A stretch of DNA of 63,082 bases, counting the filler, from Reclinomonas americana ATCC 50394 (Eukaryota), in NCBI GenBank assembly GCA_048213135.1. It is 8 parts of 4 records of this genome, joined end to end, with 100 filler letters (N's around TTAATTAATTAA, not from the genome) between each part and the next. Parts side by side here need not be neighbours in the genome. Positions count along the whole stretch, not along the records: positions 53,872 to 58,711 come from PS015286.1; positions 58,812 to 60,641 come from PS015287.1; positions 60,742 to 63,082 come from PS015287.1; 5 more parts are not named here. One strand, given 5' to 3'. Below are positions 56,801-63,082 of the stretch, piece by piece (the stretch's first letter is position 1; every line of letters starts with the position of its first letter). The position numbers and the translations under genes are program-made. Below the pieces are notes generated by a model, which worked only from the letters and a program-made list of their open reading frames with translations, did no database searches and was not told the DNA's origin.

Positions 56801-58711
56801 TGCACGCAAGACAATAGTCCGAGGTTGTCACACCGCACCTTTGCCAGTTCCAACTCGGCCTCCACGTGCAGGAAGTTCGCCGACTTGGCGTACTCGGTGG
56901 CCGCAACCGCGTACCGAATCGCCAGCTGCGGCGACTGCTGCTTGCGTGCCACCTTGGCCATGTGCATGGCCAGACGAACATAGTCGGTTTTCGACTGCAG
57001 CACATCGTGCAGGAGCACGCTGCGCAATGCGCCCAGCTGCTCCACCTCGCGATGCCGATCCCACCGCATGGTGCTGGTCAGCGGGTCCGCTCTCCACGCA
57101 TCCAGCGCCTCCGTCGGTCCCGTTCTCGGTTGCGAAATCACACCGTCCACAGCACGTACCAAGTGCAGGCGCAACAAGCTCGACACCATGTCGCGACGAC
57201 CCGCTCGACACGACATGGACAGCGCACGAAGAGCCGCCGCATCCAACCACGCCAGTCCCACATGCATCGCCGAATTTCGACCCATCTTCAACCCGTCATT
57301 GTCACCGTCACCACCATCATCGTCGTCCATGATCATCACCTGCGTGCTCTCGTCCAGGATGTCTGCGTCGAAGCCGCCGGCCTCACCGCTCACAGCAGTG
57401 GATGTGTGGGGCACGCGGAGTGCACGCAAACACGAAAACAGAGCGTGATGGAAACCAGGCGCGTCCACCTCACTTGCCGACAGCGCATTCTCCACATCCC
57501 ACTTGGCATTCCTCCACGCACACTCAAACGCAAAGTCCGGCAACTCTCGTGCACTCTGCAAGGCCGCCGGTGACAATCCGCGCAGATACGTCTCCGCCAC
57601 ATGCATAAAGCCCAAACGCGACAAACTCTCCACCACGGCCACACTTCTGTCACCCACAGCATCGGCTACAGACAACGCACGGTCCCACTGACGCTGCGCG
57701 AGGAACGTGTTCCCCAGACGGTGCTGCTCGGCCGAGATCGGCAGCAGGCCTGCGGCGTCGACTTCGTCCAGGTCGTCAATGGCGCGGGACAGCAGCGACA
57801 AAGCATCCCAGCCAGCCACATAGGCCTGCGATGCCGCGATTTTCCGGGTAAGAGAAAGAGCGTGACAAACTGGGAACACCTACAACACGGTGCATANNNN
57901 NNNNNNNNNNNNNNNNNNNNNNNNNNNNNNNNNNNNNNNNNNNNNNNNNNNNNNNNNNNNNNNNNNNNNNNNNNNNNNNNNNNNNNNNNNNNNNNNNNNN
58001 NNNNNNNNNNNNNNNNNNNNNNNNNNNNNNNNNNNNNNNNNNNNCCCCGTCGGAGATTCCGCTCTCGATGATGAAGAGTGCACTCAACGAGGCACCAGCA
58101 CGGAGGGCGCAGAGGGCAATGTCGTTAGGGCCAAGCAGACGCAAAAAGTGCGACACTTGCTCTGCATTGTATGGAAGGGAAATGAGCATGCTGGTACAGC
58201 ACATAACGGCGCGGTGACAAGCACGACGTACTTTGGGAGCGCGCAACGGTTGCTGCGAGCGAACACAACAGGAGGAAATTGTGAATTGTCGTACGCGGCA
58301 CATCGTCATCGCGGTCCACTGACAGCCAGGACGCCATGGAGGCGCGCAGGATGTGAATCAAAGATTTGAGTGTCACCAATGAAAGACTGCGCATCGGAGG
58401 GAATGAAAGGTCAGATATCGACAACACTCCCGACTCTTTTCTTTCCGCCGCCCCCCCACTTCGCGCAACGCACTCCTCATCGCCGACCTGCTCATCCGCC
58501 TGCTGCACATTGGCAAAGTCGTTGCGGAGCAGAGTGGCCAGCAGCAGCGGAGCCACCAACAAGTCGCCGAGGACCTGACCATTGTCACCGGCCTCCAAGT
58601 CGGCGAATGCCAACAGCGCTGGTTCGTTGACGAGGCCGGACTCGAGCAGGCGACACGACAACTGGTACGTCCACTGCTCCGAAAAGGCATCCAGTGGCAG
58701 CAACTCGCCAA
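53872..58711 (-). CDS. ATM: ATM/Tel1 PIKK kinase: FAT and kinase region (both ends truncated)
   Basis: [129 protein letters not shown]. Confidence 0.96.
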
Positions 58712-58892
58712 NNNNNNNNNNNNNNNNNNNNNNNNNNNNNNNNNNNNNNNNNNNNTTAATTAATTAANNNNNNNNNNNNNNNNNNNNNNNNNNNNNNNNN
58801 NNNNNNNNNNNCCTTTCCTTTCGTTTCGTTCGTACCGTACGTTACGTACGTAACGTAACGTAAGTAACGTACGTTACGTACGTACTACTATA

Positions 58893-58897
58893 TTTTC

Positions 58898-58953
<56 letters not shown>

Positions 58954-59350
58954 TCCCTCAGCCTTCCTTCATTCGCCCTCTCGCCTTCTCTCGCTCGCCG
59001 TCTTGAAGTCTCCAGTTGAGTCTCTGTGGTCGTGTGTTGACCACCTTCTCGTTCTCTTTTCTTCTCTCCCTCTCCCTCTCTCCCTCTCCCTTCCCTTCTC
59101 CCTTTCCCTCACCCTCTTACTCACCCTCCCCCTCTCTTTCTCTCCTTATTTCTCTCTCCCTGCCTCGCTCCCTCTCCCTCACCCTCACCCTCTCCCTCTC
59201 TACCTCTCCCTCTCCCTCTCCCTCTTCAATCTCCCTCTCCCTCTTTCTCTTCACTCTCCCTCTCCCTCTCTCTCCTCTCCCCTCACATCCCTCTTTCTCA
59301 CCCTCTCCGCTCTCCTCTCCCCTCACATCCCTCTCACTCTCCCCTCTTTC
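58893..59350. repeat. CT-rich polypyrimidine low-complexity tract (intronic)
   Basis: (CT)n and CCCTCT-type repeats. Confidence 0.85.
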
Positions 59351-59368
59351 TCTTATCTTGATGCACAG

Positions 59369-60444
59369 TCTCGCCTCACTGCACGTGGACGGCACTCGAT
59401 TCGTTCAACTCCTCAACCGGCCTGCCCTCGTCACGCTGAAACGCGCAGTCATCGAGGCCGCCACGGTGAGGCCTCGTCTTCCGCTACTCACATTTGTCCA
59501 CCTATCTTCTCACTTTGCCTTCCCATTCAAGGAGGCGCGCTACGACGTGTGCGTCGACCTGGAGTCGCAGTGCCCATTCTATGTCACATCGGGCGGCTGC
59601 GACAGGGCATACGCGTGCATTCGAGAGGCACTGCTGCCGTCGTCGGCCCGCGATCGCCAGGCGCAGTTGGTGCAGCTGGCAGTCAATGTGCGTTTTTATG
59701 TAATCTTGCCCTCCCCCCCTGCCATGCACCTTTTATTGACGCACTCGCCAGGCATACCTGTCGGACCTGGAGCATGTGCGTGGCGACGACATCTTTGCCG
59801 ACCTCTGCGTCCTGTTCGCCGACTACTACTCGGTGGCTCGCATCATGCTGCACCGCGCTGGCTCCGTGTTCCCGATCGCCGACACCGACCTGGCTCTCTT
59901 TGTCGACGGTCGTGTCGACGAAATGTCTCCCGAGGGCCACGCGAATCTCGAGCCGCGTCGCGAGTGCTACCGCATCGTGCTGCGCGTGATGCAGTACCTC
60001 ACCGAAATGGAGACGTCGGAGCGACGCCACGGGAACATGGGTGCGTCGAAAAGACAAGGTTGTGTTGCTTGTCGTCTGTCACTTATTTCGATTGATGCCA
60101 CAGCCGAGGCCGATCGAGCGGTGGAGCAGCTGGCCGGCTTCCAGCTCACGGTGCTGGAGAGCCCCGATCCTGTCTTCCATTTCGACTTGTACAACTGGAT
60201 CCTCGCCAACTTTGGTTTCGAGGCCATGCTGCGGGTGCGTAAGCGGGAGACGTTGGGAGGAGCGATCCTCTCTCTCTGTTTTCTGAAATCACTCTTTATT
60301 GCGATGCAGCTCGGCCGCACGCAGTTCTTCGAGGAGTACCTCAAGGGCCTGGCGGAGAGTCGCACGCGGGAGGAGCGCGATCTCATCTGGCGCTACTTCA
60401 TGGAGACTGGCAGTTTTACCGAGGCGGCCAATGTGCTGGAGTAT
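59369..60444 (+). CDS. NUP155: Nucleoporin Nup155/Nup170, internal exons
   Basis: LESQCPFY, RRECYRIVL, VLESPDPVFHFDLYNWIL, FFEEYL, DLIWRYF...SFTEAANVL match the Nup155 alpha-solenoid. Confidence 0.88.
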
Positions 60445-60896
60445 GTGAGTTGACTAAGGGGGGAGGGAGGAGAAGGGGGAAAAAGGGGGAAGGGGGAAGG
60501 GGGAAGGGGAAGGGGGAAGGGAGGGGAGGGGAAGGGGAGGGGAGGGGAGGGGGAAGGGGAAGGGGAAGGGGAAGGGGAAATGGGACGAACGGCGAGGTAG
60601 GTCGTCGTGTTCGTGGTCGTTCAGTTTGCGTAACGTTCAGCNNNNNNNNNNNNNNNNNNNNNNNNNNNNNNNNNNNNNNNNNNNNTTAATTAATTAANNN
60701 NNNNNNNNNNNNNNNNNNNNNNNNNNNNNNNNNNNNNNNNNCCCTCCCTCCCTCCCTACTCCCACTCATTCACTCACTCACTCACTCTCTCTCTCTTCTC
60801 TCTCGCTCTCTCTTTCTCACTCACTCACTCACTCTCTCTCCTCCCTCTCCCCCCCCTCTCTCTCTCTTCCCTTCCTTTCCTCCCTCCAAGCACACG

Positions 60897-60971
60897 CAAC
60901 GCTCCCGCCAAGCTAGACACCACTGCTGCGACCAACAAAATGCTGTATCGCATGGCAAACGTGAGCCGCAT
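60897..60971 (-). CDS. Probable first exon (signal peptide) of a secreted protein, truncated by the scaffold end
   Basis: (MRLTFA)MRYSILLVAAVVSSLAGA(L) followed by a GT donor and GA-rich intron-like sequence. Confidence 0.4.
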
Positions 60972-63025
60972 GTGAGATCTCTCCACACGGAATCAATCAG
61001 CGACAGTGCAGGCGGGACGAGCGACGCCACAGATGGACGGATGGGAAGAGCGACACTCCGCCACTGTGACTGAGAGTTTTGTCACGTAACTCCGTGCGTG
61101 CAAGACGAGGAGTGGTTGCTGGAGAGTGCGGGTGGCAGCTACTGTGTGTGTGCTCACGTGGTGTGTGTGTGTGTGAGAGAGAGAGATCTAGAGAGAGAGA
61201 GAGCAGCGCACACGATCGCGAGTGTGTGTGTGTGTGCACATGTGACTAGTACTGTGCGCGATGCGAGTTGACAAGAGTGAGTTCGATCGCGAGTGACTTT
61301 GTGTGTGTATGTGTGTGTGTGTTTGCAATTGGAGAAAGAGCTCGAGAAACAGGTGCATGCGCAGAGAGAGAGAGGAGGGGGATCCGGAGAGGGAGAGTAT
61401 GCATGCATTGTGCACATGTGCACGCGTACAGTGCGCGCGTGAGCGAGCTCGCGTGCACATGGTGACCCAGTCTGCTGCAGTCGATGTCACTGATGCAGTG
61501 AATACCGTCATCGCGATCGTCACTTCGAATTCTTGATATCAGAAGCGCGCACGCGCGCGAGCGCGAGTAATTAACCAGCGTGCGCGGCGTGCGCGCGCAC
61601 GCTGATATTGTGCTTCGAAATGTGGAGCCGAGCACGTGGCGATCGCGAGTGTGGCATCTGTGTGTGGGCCCACGGTCTAGATCTGTGCGCGTGGTAGAGT
61701 ATTGGTGCGTGGGTTCGGATCAATATAGAAATGTTCCTGTTTCTGGCTGCGTCCCCCAGTGTGCATGCGTGGGTTTGATGTTCGCTCCTGGTGTCCCATG
61801 ATCGTCAGCCAGCAGCGAGGCCTTGCTGCACCTCTTCCCCGAGCCCGAGGCCTGCGTGCTCTCACACTCGAGCTCACTGAACATGAAAAATACCGAACTT
61901 GAACCTCAACGGTCGCGCGCGCGCGCGCGCGGAGTTTCAATACCGGATGCGACCACCAAGCTGTGTTCGCTCTCATGGGCCACCGCGCGCGTTAACTTGC
62001 ACACTGCGCTCAACCACAGATGGAGGCTTCTGTTGTTCAAGGTCACCTCGCACGCGCTAGCGCTGAAAAGCATCTTGCGAAAGGAATATTTTGTGCGATG
62101 AAAACGGAAAAGATTCAATTCTCATCCTCATTCGGCCCCACTCGTTTGCTCTTTTGTTGGGACTGCACCTGCCCAAGGCGGATGTGCACAACATCCACTG
62201 CTGCAGCCGCGTGCAGTGGTCAGACTTGCGTGTCAGATCTCGAGAAAGAATCAGACGCGCGCATCGATACTGACATTAACACGCGCGCGCGGCCTTGCTC
62301 TCTAGATCTCTCTCTCTCTCACACTCACTCTCTCTCTCCTTGCTCGGTCTACCCACTTTCTAGATGCCCCCCTCACTCTCTCGAACTTTCACTCATAAAA
62401 ACACTCACCATCTATAGCTAGGCCTCCCTCTTCACATGACCACACAACTGTTGTCGGCCCTCTCGCGCTCTCCTTTCCACCCTCTCGCGATCGGCGATGT
62501 GTCTCTCTTGGTGTGTCTCCACTGGTGCACCGCATCCACTGCGAATATGCGTGTGTTCGGATCCTGTTTTGCGTGCGTGTCCACCCGGAGGCAGAATTCC
62601 TGTCCGGACTGACCGCGTGCGTGTCCTTTAGACACGGCCTAAAGGGGCGTAGTCTGGCGACGCCAGGCCGGAGTTCCGAATGCAACAAAACCGCCCGTAG
62701 ACCATCCCCTCCTCTACAACAACAGCGTTTCTTGCTGCTTCCAATGGACGACGCACTCTCACCTGCTGCGCCGTCTCTTGGCGAGCACGTGGACCCTCGC
62801 ATGTGCACGCGAAAACAGGAGGGTGGCAAAGAAAACGTGACTGCATTGTCTTGCGGATCCGAACGCACGCAGAGAGCGAAACCCCGTTCGTGGAAAGTAG
62901 ACAATAAGAGCCGGCTGTCGCCACTCACCATGTTCATTCACTTTTTTGCACATCCGTGGTGAGTTGGCAGTTGACCTGCCTTCGGTGTCTCTCTTTCTCT
63001 CTCACTTTCTCTCTTCATACACACA

Positions 63026-63027
<2 letters not shown>

Positions 63028-63082
<55 letters not shown>
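63028..63082. repeat. (CT)n microsatellite
   Basis: Direct inspection. Confidence 0.95.

Noticed and set aside
59003-59368. Leu/Ser/Pro-rich ORF starts, and the Gly/Arg-rich ORF at 60450-60689
   Set aside because: Translations of intronic CT- or GA-rich low-complexity DNA.

Overview
Eukaryotic nuclear DNA from an intron-rich, GC-rich protist with short intergenic spacers. It is probably flagellated, given a GYG-motif microtubule-inner-protein-like gene and a possible RSPH10B-like gene; the species cannot be identified from the sequence alone. The window is not one locus. Eight draft scaffolds are joined by artificial 100-nt N/TTAATTAATTAA/N spacers, with many internal gaps. Spliced genes reconstructed by hand: RPS28 (micro-exons), a twin-CX9C protein, two tandem NSF/Sec18 paralogues, an SGNH hydrolase, EMC4, a coiled-coil/pseudokinase/HECT E3 fusion, a SAS10/UTP3 gene that also carries neuroguidin/Lcp5 motifs, an RCC1-repeat protein, a C2+MUN (Munc13-like) protein, a pseudouridine glycosidase-kinase fusion, a PHO80-like cyclin, ATM and NUP155 fragments, and coiled-coil or secreted unknowns. 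The strongest novelty candidates are (1) a tandem array of at least 4 copies of an orphan gene with a sharply bounded hypervariable block, (2) the pseudokinase-HECT fusion, (3) the SAS10-NGDN hybrid and (4) recurrent use of the non-consensus 5' splice site GTTGCG. No RNA genes, CRISPR arrays or recognisable transposon ORFs were seen. All identifications are by motif recognition; no database search was run.
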